A DNA stretch of 64,000 nucleotides from Macrostomum lignano (GCA_002269645.1 NIVC01000004.1:310001-374000), one strand, 5' to 3'; numbered from the stretch's first letter, positions 48,090 through 60,362 are shown. Notes: generated by a model not told the origin, from the letters alone. Translations and numbers: made by a program.

Positions 48090-49605
48090 TATACTTAAGT
48101 CTATCCTCAAAAATAGGCTCCCGAGTTTTTTGTTGGGTGCAGGAGGGCATTTAAGGGCGCGCTTCAAGGCCATGTCGCGAATGAACGCCACGCCGCCGGC
48201 CGAATCCGGGGTAAAGGCGTCAGCCAGCAGGCGTCAGCCAGGGCTCCCTCGACAGTTCAGGACAGCAGGGCGAGATCGTCGGCGTAGCCAAGCACGCTGA
48301 GCTACCTTTCCGGTTGACGTTGACCCACGCGTTGCCGCAACAGAAAGCCGTCATCGTTGGTAAGTCCGCAGCACCCAGTCAAGAACCAGAACGAGGCGAA
48401 AGCTTATCTCCTTGAAGCACCTCGGAGGATGTCTCAAAGAAGTCCGATAGGCCGTCCGGTGTTGAAACAGCAGCTTTCGTATCACAGTACTCGCCTGATG
48501 GCGGAAATCAGCTGCTCTGGCAGGTTGTACGCACGGAGCACCTTGGGAGCACAGACCTGACGACCGAGTCGAATGCCTTCTTGAAATCTATGAAGATAAC
48601 AATCAGGATCGACTGGCATATCCGTGCTTCCTCGATGACTCGCCGAAGAGTCAGGATCTGCGTCACCGTGGCGCGATAGGGCCAGAAGCCGTTCTGCTCA
48701 GGACGCAGGTACGGATCCAGCATGGGCTACAACCGCAATAACAGCAAGACTGAAGGCAGATACCTCGATGCTCGTCAAGCCTCGTGGTGCCCGGCTTCTT
48801 AGGAACTGCGACGATGTGCGCCGTGATCCATCTGTTGGGTGCCTCCTCACCGAAGAGCACGCGATTCATCACTCTGGCGACCTCACTGGCCCAGCGCTTT
48901 CCCGCCTGGTGACTGTTGGGCGAGCCTCACAACGTCGACTGTGCTGACTGGGGCTAGGCTGAAGCTCTCCTCTGCCGGCAACGGCATCTCCGGCGGCAGC
49001 GTCAGACTTTCTGGCAGCGGGGGTGGCGGCGCGTTGACAATGGCGGCGAAGAACTCACGCAGCTTGTTCCTGCGCTCGTCCGCAGAGTCGCCTGCCAGGT
49101 TTTGCGGAATGCATCGCTTTTGCCCCGTCCGAGCATTGATAGCCGACCAGGCCTCTGGCATCGGACCCAGCGGCAGAGAAATACCGAATGGCGTCATCAA
49201 CAGCAGCTACTGGCGCTGCAGATAGACAGCCGCCAAGGCCTCCTCTGCCTCACGGGTTGGTCCTCTGCTTAAACGGAGTGTCTCCAGCTCTTCCCTCGCT
49301 TGCCGCATCAGCGGGACTGCTTGTTCCGCGGCGGCTCGAACTGCAGCACACGCCTCCGCGTACTCGGCACCTCCACGCTTGCCGCCGAACGCAGTGATGA
49401 AAGCGCTAGCAAAGCGGCTGTGCGTGTTGGCGTCCCTGAGCGCGCAGTAGTAGCGCCGCGGTGGCCGCTTCGGCGGATGGTAGAGCGGATTGCGAAGACG
49501 AAGGTCGCAGACGAGGAGTCGATGATCGGACCGCAGAGCCAGCGGCGTGATGGCGCGGCAATTGACGACGCAGCGGCGCTCGCGGAAGCGCACCAGCACC
49601 AACAC
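48090..49605 (-). mobile_element. Degenerate RTE-clade non-LTR retrotransposon fragment
   Basis: LRSDHRLLVCDL (end of APE), IVAVPKKPG..HRGICL, LRPEQNGF..TQILTLRRVIE..IFIDFKKAFDSV, VLQGD, LSVLGYADDLALL (YADD at 48275-48286). Frameshifted. Confidence 0.88.
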
Positions 49606-49844
49606 TTAAAGAAATTAAACTATAGAGACTATAGTTTAAGAGAGTAAAGATAAGAGAGACTAGATAGAGACAATATCTTTATCTATACTATCTTTCTCTA
49701 TCTCTAGATAGAGAAAGATAGAGACTAAAGAGACTATGTACAAGTTTTAAACCATCAATTAAAAACTCAATTCAACTACTCTTGTTACTCTCAACTATCT
49801 ATATATACTGAATATTCGTTCAAATTGTTTCTTAAATAAAAAGA

Positions 49845-49884
49845 CCCTGACGATGTCCTAATGCAAATGGACGAAATGCATCGG
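49845..49884 (+). ncRNA. Candidate minimal type I hammerhead ribozyme (Penelope/retrozyme-like)
   Basis: CC-CTGACGA-T-GTCC-taatgcaaat-GGAC-GAAA-TGCA-TC-GG. Conserved core, 4-bp stem II, palindromic ATGCAT stem III, AUC cleavage triplet, and a stem I of only 2 bp. Confidence 0.55.
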
Positions 49885-50668
49885 CAACTCAAATAATACC
49901 TCATGTTGATATTTACCTTTATTTATAAACTATAGAGGTTTATATAAATGCATGAGCTAAGAGCGAGACAGAGATTCTTCTGTTTTCGCTGTGGCTTGGA
50001 CTCTCAGAGATATTTCAGGAGTCAAATAAAGGATAAGTTGGTTGCTGATTAAATTTACAGTCATTTGACTTTTGGTTTATAATATCTTAGCTCTCCTGAA
50101 TTAGGCAAAAACAGCGCTTTTAAGGTTTTGTGACCAGTTGAAGTCTTACTATTCCATTCGTCAAAATTAATGGATCTTGTCGGATAGAAAAAAATGAGAA
50201 CTAATGAGAGTTTTATAATTAGCTCATTTTTTAAATCAAGCTTCTCAAGCTGGGAGAAAGTAAAGCCACGACTGAGACGAAGATAATAGGATCCAAGCTG
50301 ATCAAGAGAAGGAATGGGACTGAGAGGAATGCCTAACCTCGTATTAATGCCAAAAAAAGTGAATTCCACTTTTCATTTGGAAAAGCAGAGGACACTTACG
50401 AGTATAGCAGTCCGACAGTCTGGCTGCTTTTAGCTTTTTAGGCAACTAAAGAGCAAGCTTCTTTAGAAAATAGTTCTGAATAATGGAAAAAATTAAAGGG
50501 TTTAAAACAAGGTACCATCAAAGCAGGGTGTGACGATATTAGATGTACATTATTTCACAACTGGCAAGTGCATTACTCAAAGTGTATTTAAACTCACTTC
50601 GAACAGACAGCTTCATCTTTACAGCTCAGCTGCTTTTAAATAGTAATGTCCATTGCAAAGGAAAGATA

Positions 50669-53600
50669 ATGAACTTTGACGAGTCTGACAACCTCAAGAA
50701 ACAACGCGAGATCCGGGAAACGGCTGAAATGATGAAAAAAATCGTAAGTTTTTTGTTTGTTGGTTTGAAATTCATCTATCTCCTGTATGTTAGATCAGCA
50801 GTCGTGAAAATTTCATTGTTGTTTCACTTATCCAATAAGCAAATTAATGTTTTAATGAGTTTTAAATGAGTTTTAAAACTCTAAACTTGCCCAGGGTGCT
50901 CAAAGACGTTTTCGCAGTTTTGATCGACTCAGCGCAAAACTCAGGTTGTTTCTTGATTCTGTGGATCTGATCAGAAGTGAAGAAGGCGAGCAGCTGAAGT
51001 CCGAGCTGTTCGAGGTCGTGGTTGTCGGCGACCAGTCGGACGGAAAATCCACCCTTCTTGAGGCCATCACTGGTGTCCAGCTGCCAAAAGGAACAGGACT
51101 TTGCACCCGCTGCCCAATTCGCTTGATTATTCGAAAAGCTGAGACTGAATCTGCCTCGATTCTGTAAGTCTTGGCTGTCTGATCGCTTTGGGAACTGTGA
51201 TCTCGAAAACCTTATCTCAAAGCCAATAGCAAAAATTTTAAAGTGAAACTTTTTTTAAGTTTGAGCTCTCCAATCTATTGTGTGGTGCACTTTCGCAGTG
51301 AAGTGCACCTTGCCCTCCCAAACGGTTTAAGTCACCCCTGTTTACACCCATTCTTTTGTTTGTTGTCACTCCCCTTCACGTATGCCGCAGCCAGAGGTTT
51401 AAGTCGGTTTGTTTTCTACTGGTATTATTCTTCCCGCCCTGCGCTGCGATTGGTTGCGGCCAGCCCAGCTGTGTAGCGATTGGCTGAACCGGCGGCGGGC
51501 TTGGTGCTGCCGGCCCCGCGCGAGATGTTTGGCTGGGGGTTGGGGGGTGGTGGGGTGAAAAGCGTGTGGCCCTCCCCCCTCCGCGGGCGTGTGCTATTTA
51601 GTATCGCTCGCAGCGGGTTGGAGCGGTGCGCCCGTCCACTGCTCAGCTTTCCCTCTCTCTGATTATTACTCAAGACAATCAGCCAAACAGCTAGACGACT
51701 CCATATTGCTTAGGCTATGGCCATACGACTGTTTCCCACAAAATAAACCAAAGAGGTCACGAACCCTTACCGGCCCTGGGCGACAGCCACCAGTTGAGTA
51801 AGTGTGCCCTCCGCCTTCCTTATTTCGATTGCCTAGGGGGCGAAGGAGAGTCCATGTGTCCTGACGCCGACTCAGCTCGGTTAGAAGGGGACGTTGGAAG
51901 GGTACATACCTCGTTACACCAGCCAGCGCGTCCTCGACGCGTGGGAAGGCTGCGTGGGCGCGTCCTGACGCCCCAGACTTAGGAAACTGCTCGCCCTTGC
52001 GCCCGCGCGCAGGCTAAGCAAGGACCCGCTTTTACTCAGTACTGTACTCTGTAGTACCCACCGTACTACCAGGCCGGGGCTGCAGGGATACAACAAATCG
52101 TAATGAATATGCTCAAAAATATGAGCTAGCTAGCTCGTATTAGATGCTTAGCAAACAACGGGTCCAACTTGTTTAGTATTTTTGCTTTATGTATTATTTT
52201 GTTTTCCCTACTTTAAAGGATCAGCGAACAACCATCTAGAGAGGTTTCGGACCTCTCTAAACTCGAATCGGAACTTCAAAGGGCTCAGGATGACGTAGTC
52301 GCCGGAAGAAAGACTTTGACAAATCCGATCACCGTTAAAGTAAATGGCCCGCTGCTTCCTAATATTTCTGTTGTTGATCTTCCGGGAATCAACAGGTAAG
52401 ATTTGAGCAGTCTGTTGAATCTATTTGCCAGTTTAATTAAGTGCATGGATATTCCGAAGAGTTGATTTTGTGTATGGCCAACACTGCAGCTAGCTCGTAT
52501 CTCTGGTTTGTTGACATTGCCACAATTATCACAATTTCGCTTTTAGAGAAAAAGGTGGCCGTGAGCAAGAGATAGTCGAGCTTATTAAGAAATGGATCAC
52601 CCCACAGGAAACAATAATTATTGTTGTAGCGAAGGCAACTAACGATATCGCTGTTTCAAAGGGCTACCAGTTGGCGCAGGAGGTGGACCCCGATAATAAA
52701 AGGACGTTTTTGGTGATTACGAACTGTGATGGATCCCTCGAGAACAAAGAGACTGATATTCGAAAGCTATTTAGTGAGAAGAAAAAGAAATTGTTCGCTG
52801 TCAAGTGCTTTCGCAGGACGAACGATACTATGGCTACTAGCCGAGAGGAACTCATGAATCAAGAGGCCCAGTTCTTTGCTCAACACGAATTGTTCAAGTA
52901 CTACTCACAAAATACCGGAACAGCGCAGCTTATCCAGTCTCTGGAGGCTTTGTTGTGCAAAAAAATCGAACCACATCAGCAGAAAATTTTGCGCCACGCA
53001 CGGGTGAGTACAATGTTTCAGTATCTACAATGATTTGACACTTAATGCATACTTTTAAAATGCTGAATGCACTCTTGCACAAATGTACTCAAACTATTTG
53101 GCAGAGAAGAGTGCAAGAACTTGAGAAGGAGTTGGAAGACCTCAAAATTGGGGAGAAAAAGTTCAATGACTGCGTTGATGAGTGCGTCTTTGATATTCGC
53201 ACAGAGATCAGAGACCAAGTGACCGGCTCAGATGAGTCTGAATACCGAGACAACAAGCTCTATCAGAAATGCCGTGATGAATGGATGAACGCAGGCACCA
53301 TGATGCGGAAAGAGTCGGCTAATTTCAAGAAAGACTGTAAGTTATGATGAAAAGTTTTTTCATTTTTTCTTTAGTTCGACTCTGACTCATTATTTTAGGA
53401 GTGGGAAGAGGAAAGGATGAGGCCTAGTTTATCTCCTAAGAATTCTAGGACTTCCTGAAGCAAGCCATGTGGCATCCAACATCGGCAGTGTTCTACCGTC
53501 CTCAGGCCACTATTTCCGAAAGAGTATCGGAAATAGTAGTCAAGGAGAACTTGAAGAGCCCTCAGAAAGGCTACTCATTCTTGGAAGCTGTAGGGTTGCC

Positions 53601-56517
53601 ATCGACACTGCATGCAGCGCCGGCAGCGACAGACGATCTAACAGATACGTCGCCGACAACCACTGAAACCGGGATGTCCATTAGTTCAGATGTTCTAGCT
53701 GTCAAAGCTTGATCAGAAAAATCAGATGTATTCAAAACATGGTATCCATAGTAATTTAGGTGCCTTCTGTTGAAGGAGCCGACGGCGTCCGGATGATGAC
53801 TAAATGCTTGAGAGACTAGTTGAGATGTCTAGCAGCTAAGATTTTTCGATTTCGGGGCTCCAGTGACATCAGAGAAAATTTGCAAAAGGATGTCCATAGC
53901 CACCTGTTGCCATCTTTTGAGTGACGTGATTGCTCATTGGACTAGTTAAGGATGCCCAGCAGTTGAGGTTTGCTCACTATTGAGGCTTGATCAGCGAAGT
54001 AGAATCAAGTCCTAGAATCAAGTGCTGATGAAATTAGAAGGCTTCGAAGGGCTATACTGAGGCGCAGTGCTGATTGGCGCACAGGGGTTGTACTGAATAG
54101 CATTAGTGTTTATGTAAACGCTAAAACCGTTCTGACGGGATCATTGAATCTCTCGACGGTCCAGAGGGCTAGTGACTTGATTTTTGTTTGAGGTGCGCAA
54201 AAAACTTGCAGACAACTTTGTGTGGCTGCGTTGCTCCGTTGCGCAGCAAAAACACCCCTTGGTATAAGAAGGATAGAAAAATGCTACTGTTTCCTTGTAG
54301 AGCCTTGTTTTTTACTTTAATGTACAAGTGCATCTACGAGTATACGTGTGTGCGTTAATTTGTGTATTCGTGTACTTTTTTGTTAGCAGAAGTCTCCCGC
54401 AGATAACTCGTATTCAAACGAAGTTTTCTTCCCTTGCGTACCACAACTTCTATGCCTGCTATAAGTATGAGCAAGTTTCAGCCTTCTACCATCTACATGT
54501 ACTTACGTTGTAGTCCACTACAAGTACGAGTATTACACACGCTTCAGTGTTATTTCGCTTGTACCCGTAATCGATGTTAAAACCTCGTAGTCCTCATCGT
54601 CGTGCATCCTCCATTGTAACGATACAATATGGTACAATCTTGGTACAATATGGGTTGTCAGATTCAGTGCATTCGTGTTTTTTTTTCTTGCAGTACTGTC
54701 GACCATCAGAAAAGAGTGCGAAGCTCAAAGAGGCCGACAACTGGAACAGCTGCCAAACAACAGCCCGGTCTTGGAGCGAATCATCGGCAGATTGATTGAA
54801 TCATTCAAGACTCTTGTCGGAGACACTACTCAGGCCACGCAGAGTTATGTGCATGAAGAGCTCGTCAAAATAGTCAGGAATAACCTGCATAAGAAACCTC
54901 TGCTGAGGGGTCTGCAACAGCTGGAAGAAATTCTAACTGATGGTTGTAAAAATCAAATGGATAAGCTTAAGGAAAAAGCGCACCGGAAAGTGCTGGAAAT
55001 TCTAGACATGCAGAAAGTCATCTTCTTCAACAACCCAAAGATAGATGATCTGTTCAGGTATGTGTTTACATTAAATTTCTACACTTCTTTCATCCTTAAT
55101 ATCTTTATTTGAGTTCATTAATCATTTTCAGGGCGAGCTGCCTATTTTGATTAATATTTCATAAATTGGGTTCAAACAGCATAGTTGAACATTTAAGCAA
55201 AGATTTCACTGTATAATGTACGAGCGTCGATTAGGTTTGTGCTTTCTAGGTACGCTCGTATACGGATTCAAGTGTTTTTATTCTTGAGTCAGACTGGTGC
55301 CGAGCAAATCAAATTGTGTTTGTGAAACTGGGTGGCAAGTTATAATGTAATCCTACATGTATGCTTAGACATAATGAAATTTAAGCTTTGAAAAAAATCC
55401 GTTCAAACCACTCGGACCAATACGCCTCCGTATCCTGCTATAAACACCTAATTAGCACCTGTTTAAACCCAAAAGAAGACACAAGAGCAGCAGCATTAGC
55501 ACGAAAGGGGATGCGCGGAAGAACCCCATAAAAGCAGCAGCTCAAATTAAAAGTGTGTTTGGCATCACGAATGCAAACAGCGATGCAAGAAAATTGGAAA
55601 AATACGCGTCGTAAAACTTGAAAGAAAAACATTTTCTGAGCTCACGCAGGCAGCGAAAAAACGCAGAGTCAACTGAGCGAGACGCCAATAAAAGGGGCGA
55701 CGGCGCAGAGGCTAAAGCCCATGCCACCAGGCCACCACCCCACGCACGCAGAGCCAAGCACCCCCCCCCCACATAGCAAAGCGAGAGAGAACGTACGCAA
55801 AGCGACACGCAAGGCAGGGCAGAAGAGAGGGATTTGAAACTGGTTATTGTCATTGACTAGTTAAGACCAGTCACAAACCAACACATTGTATTTCAACAAT
55901 TTACCTATTTAATTAGCTGGTATTTAGTTCCGCAATCACTACCAACTTGAATTTTCCAGCAAAATGGCTCACGAGAAAGACGAGCAAGCTGCTGAACATG
56001 CTCCTGAAAAAAAGCAAAATCTTTGCTGCAAATCATTGAAGACTGCGCCAAAGACTGGCTTGAAACAAGTGATTCAGCTGGTTCAGGCGCAGTTCAGGCT
56101 GCTCTGGTTGGGATCATGTCGAAATTAGGGCTCCACCCGCCGATATCGCAACTGCTTGTCATCGCCGCGTTGAATTTCTTGCCTTGGTGGTTCTCACAGC
56201 CGGAATCAAAGGATCAAAGCTTCGACCACAAGGACGATGAGCACCGGCTGGTGTGCCTCACCTACGTGTACATAGAATTGGTCTGCGATCGAACGGCCGA
56301 CGCGGTGCCGATGGCCATCATTCACTTCTTTAATAAAAGGCTGGCGGCGGACGTCTGCAAGCTCATTCCGCATCCTAAGTGGGAAGATTTAAAGAACCTT
56401 AGCACCTGTGCCCAGCAACAGCAGAAGATAGAATCTGTTTCTGACAGCCTGAGGCGTTGGAAGGACATTGTGGCACAGTTGTGCAGCCCAACATCTGATG
56501 AGACGTCAGCAGTTTAA
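50669..56517 (+). CDS. Mx: Mx/dynamin-like large GTPase, 7 exons, about 710 aa if a -1 frameshift at 56007-56014 is allowed
   Basis: Exons 50669-50743, 50895-51163, 52219-52395, 52547-53003, 53105-53336, 54694-55057, 55960-56517; GT-AG with consistent phases. G1 VVVGDQSDGKSTLLEAITGVQLPKGTGLCTRCP (Mx-type), G3 DLPG, EVDPDNKRT, stalk RGRQLEQLP, GED-like YIELVCDRTADAVPMAIIHFF. Confidence 0.85.
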
Positions 56518-56893
56518 ATCGAGGTTTTCGTCGGTATTGATTTCTATATTAGTTTGTGGCGCTAGGGTGTTAATGTTAAAGACATTTTTTTTTCAAATAG
56601 TTTAAACATCCTATTAAAATTTCATTCATGTCATTAAAACTTTGAACGTTTTGTGAAGCTTTTACCAGCAAAGCATCGCAAAGTTCACTGAGGCTATCAT
56701 TATAGTTTCGTCAATGGTATTCACTTAGCTATATTGAAACGAAGCACTGATATCCTCGATCGGGTATCAATCAACTTTAGTTCTAATTTTAGGACTAAAT
56801 CACCCTTCAAACTTCATACTATCGGAGACTTAAAGTGTCTTCAGGCTTCGATGATATGAAATTTCAATGGTTTTCGAGTACTATGCTTTAGAT

Positions 56894-57061
56894 CGGGGTC
56901 CCCAAACCACTGGCGGCAGAGGCTGTAGCAGAGTACGTCCTTTGCAGGCTTGAATGCCATCATATATCAGTAGTTACCAAGACAAAAATGACTCCAAAAT
57001 TAGAAACAGAAGCTGCGGGCCGCGCAGAAATGGCCTTTAGGCCGCAGGTTGGGGATCCCTG
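56894..57061. mobile_element. 168-bp hAT-Charlie-type MITE
   Basis: Ends CGGGGTCCCCAAACC and GGTTGGGGATCCCTG; exact 8-bp TSD CTTTAGAT at 56886-56893 and 57062-57069. Confidence 0.85.
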
Positions 57062-57074
57062 CTTTAGATAATGG

Positions 57075-57187
57075 GGTCGTACTATAAAGCTGTCGTAGCG
57101 TAAGTTCGATCGTACGTCGGAACTTTTACACTGCGGAGATAGGAGCTAAGAACGATCTTATCTTACGATGGCTTTATAGAACGGGCT
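57075..57187. mobile_element. Hairpin MITE of about 113 bp (possibly PIF/Harbinger-like)
   Basis: Imperfect terminal inverted repeats GGTCGTACTATAAAGCTGTCGTA and TACGATGGCTTTATAGAACGGGC. Confidence 0.5.
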
Positions 57188-58180
57188 CAAAAAGTTTCAG
57201 GCTTGGGGTCTTGGGAAAAAGAGCCCAGAAACCAACCGCGTTTAAGAACGCTCATTATTTATGAAAAAAATGACAATTTACAATTTTTAAAACAAAGAAT
57301 ACGTTCATGCGATTCTACTGTATAATTTTTACAACTATCTACTGCTAACATTTCATAATTAATATCAGACATACCATTATGCAAACTTATAATACACGCT
57401 TTTTCAGAAGCTAGTAACTTGTTGTTTAATCATATACAGCCATCTTTATTCAGGTGAGCTCGAACTTGATGCGGGCTTTGTATATTTATCTTATTTATAA
57501 TCTTTAGTTTGCTTGTATTTGGTTGAATTATGCCTTCTGCCGCGGTGCAGTTGCGTTCACCCGACGCTGCACCTACCCTCACGTCTGCGTCAAGCCCCTT
57601 TCTCGTAAAACAATATATTTTGTTCGCTGCAATTTATCTTTATCATAAACCCATCGCATGGACATATGACTAACCACCGGTACTTATCTACACTTTATAT
57701 TACATGTAAGACTATGTTGATCCTTCATTCTTAATCCTGATTTGACACATGTACGTCGTATCAAACTATCAGTGTCCTGATAGTCTCCTGAAAGACTACA
57801 TGAAACTCAGAAAAAGAAAGTTTTCATTCTTCTTTGCACGCATCTTTGTTAAAATCAGTTCGAAAAATGGCAGTTCAATCGGTTTAGCTCTTCGACAAAA
57901 ATAAAACTGAAAATCCTTTATATTTAGGCGCCCATGGCTAATTAGATACGGCTTAGCAGTAGGATTCCTGTAGTAACTGCTTCAGTAAGCGCTTTAACTG
58001 TGGCCCTTGGTCACAAGATGCGTTTAAGATTAAGATATATCACAACCACAGATCAACAGAGCGCCGCTTATGCAGAAATTAGTTGGAAAACGCCATTGTC
58101 TTTCTAACGTAGTCGGAAAAGTTTGCAAAGCTTCATCCAGACTTATGCAACAGTAGAGTCCAAGCTTTTCGTCTCTGCAT

Positions 58181-58927
58181 TCAGTTGAACGGCGACTGGC
58201 ACTCGCAAAGTCCATGAGTGCCGCTGCCCAGAGACATGTCGGACAACTTGTCCCTTCCTGGGTAGGCAGCAATCAAGAACTGCCCGTCAAGACCATTATT
58301 TGGCTCGCCCTCGGCCCACAGGCTGCTGTCCACAGTGTTGTTGCAGCCGACCCAGTGCCAGCCGCCTGCCGGCTCCGCGCTGCCGGGAACCTGGAAGCCT
58401 CCCAGCCACAATGAAGTTCCATCCGTTCGAAGCGACCGCACCGAGTTTACGTGCGCCATCTCTGCTATGCTTGTCACGTCCGCCATGATCACCAGACCGC
58501 TCTCCGACTCGCATGTCGATTTTATGGTCACCCAAGAACCATTGTACACCTTGTACTTGACTCCACACAGGTCGTCTCCATATCCGGACGGACACAGCCG
58601 TCCCGCCGGCAGTCCCAGCTGCTGCCTCACGAACACCCGGCCTCGTCTCGAGCAGCCGCAGTCCCTCACAGACTTGCTGCACTTGTTGAACTCGAACAGC
58701 TGGCACGGACCGTCGGACAGGCTGAAGGCCTGGCACTGCAACCTCAGGCCACACAGGATGGCGCAGTGCTGCTCCGAAGTCACGCTTGGGAATGTTCGCA
58801 CAAAGTCGCTGTTGATGCAGAGGGAGCCGTCAGTAGGAAAGAATCGAGTTTTGCAGAGCTCACTGCTGACTGACAAAGTTACACAGGCAGAGACGATGCT
58901 CAACGTAAGGCTGTAGGCGACCTGCAT
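58181..58927 (-). CDS. Secreted PAN/apple + C-type lectin protein, copy L6 (248 aa)
   Basis: Divergent signal peptide MQVAYSLTLSIVSACVTLSVSS; intact ORF; GEPNNG motif. Confidence 0.88.
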   Translation of the reverse strand: MQVAYSLTLSIVSACVTLSVSSELCKTRFFPTDGSLCINSDFVRTFPSVTSEQHCAILCGLRLQCQAFSLSDGPCQLFEFNKCSKSVRDCGCSRRGRVFVRQQLGLPAGRLCPSGYGDDLCGVKYKVYNGSWVTIKSTCESESGLVIMADVTSIAEMAHVNSVRSLRTDGTSLWLGGFQVPGSAEPAGGWHWVGCNNTVDSSLWAEGEPNNGLDGQFLIAAYPGRDKLSDMSLGSGTHGLCECQSPFN

Positions 58928-59440
58928 GGCGAGGTTGAACTGAGCAGGGAAAACTGGCCAGCTCCAATGCTTTTTGGTGTTGATATCGTAGCATATGTTT
59001 TTGTTTCTTTGTTGTCGTCGTAATGAACAACTTACAGTAATGAACTCTGACAGCTGCTTTTGAACGCTTCAAAATTATCATTGTTTCCGAAATTCCTGCG
59101 TGCCTGCTGCCATGTCAGGTTGTCCCAATAGTTGAATGAATCAAATTTTTGACAGTTAAATGGACGACTCTAATCAAATCAAGTCTGCCGTGAGTTCAAT
59201 TGAAAAGGAAATTCGATTGATTTGCAGTGGCAGGAGTTAACTTGTAGTCCAGGATCCGGTGGAGCAAGAACTCAGGCAGCTGGCTTTAGTTTGAGTTGGT
59301 ATGCATTTGGTCATTATTGTTGCTGAACTTTACGCTTAACGAGGTCGCGTAATGAGATTTATATCTCTGTAGAGTATCATTCATTCATGAAATACTACTG
59401 TAAGTAGAGTAATGCAAACGCGCGCAGAAAAACCTAAACG

Positions 59441-60362
59441 ATGAATCATGTTACTATTTGTAACGAAAAGATGAATCATGTTGCTATTTATAAAGAAAAG
59501 ATGAATCATGTTGCTATTCATAATGAAAAGATGAATCATGTTGCCATTCATAATGAAAAGATGAATCATGTTGCTATTCCTAATGAAAAGATGAATCATG
59601 TTGCTATTCCTAATGAAAAGATGAATCATGTTGCTATTCATAATGAAAAGATGAATCATGTTGCCATTCATAATGAAAAGATGAATCATGTTGCTATTCA
59701 TAATGAAAAGATGAATCATGTTGCCATTCATAATGAAAAGATGAATCATGTTGCTATTCATAATGAAAAGATGAATCATGTTGCCATTCATAATGAAAAG
59801 ATGAATCATGTTGCTATTCATAATGAAAAGATGAATCATGTTGCTATTCATAATGAAAAGATGAATCATGTTGCCATTCATAATGAAAAGATGAATCGTG
59901 TTGCTATTCATAATGAAAAGATGAATCATGTTGCCATTCATAATGAAAAGATGAATCATGTTGCTATTCATAATGAAAAGATGAATCATGTTGCTATTCA
60001 TAATGAAAAGATGAATCATGTTGCCATTCATAATGAAAAGATGAATCATGTTGCCATTCATAATGAAAAGATGAATCATGTTGCTATTCATAATGAAAAG
60101 ATGAATCATGTTGCTATTCATAATGAAAAGATGAATCATGTTGCTATTTATAACGAAAAGATGAATCATGTTGCTATTCATAATGAAAAGATGAATCATG
60201 TTGCTATTCATAATGAAAAGATGAATCATGTTGCTATTTATAACGAAAAGATGAATCATGTTGCTATTCATAATGAAAAGATGAATCATGTTGCTATTCA
60301 TAATGAAAAGATGAATCATGTTGCTATTTATAATAAAAAGATTAATCATGTTGCTATTTATA
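59441..60362. repeat. 30-bp AT-rich minisatellite (ATGAATCATGTTGCTATTCATAATGAAAAG)
   Basis: About 31 near-identical copies; ORFs on both strands follow from the 30-bp period. Confidence 0.97.
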
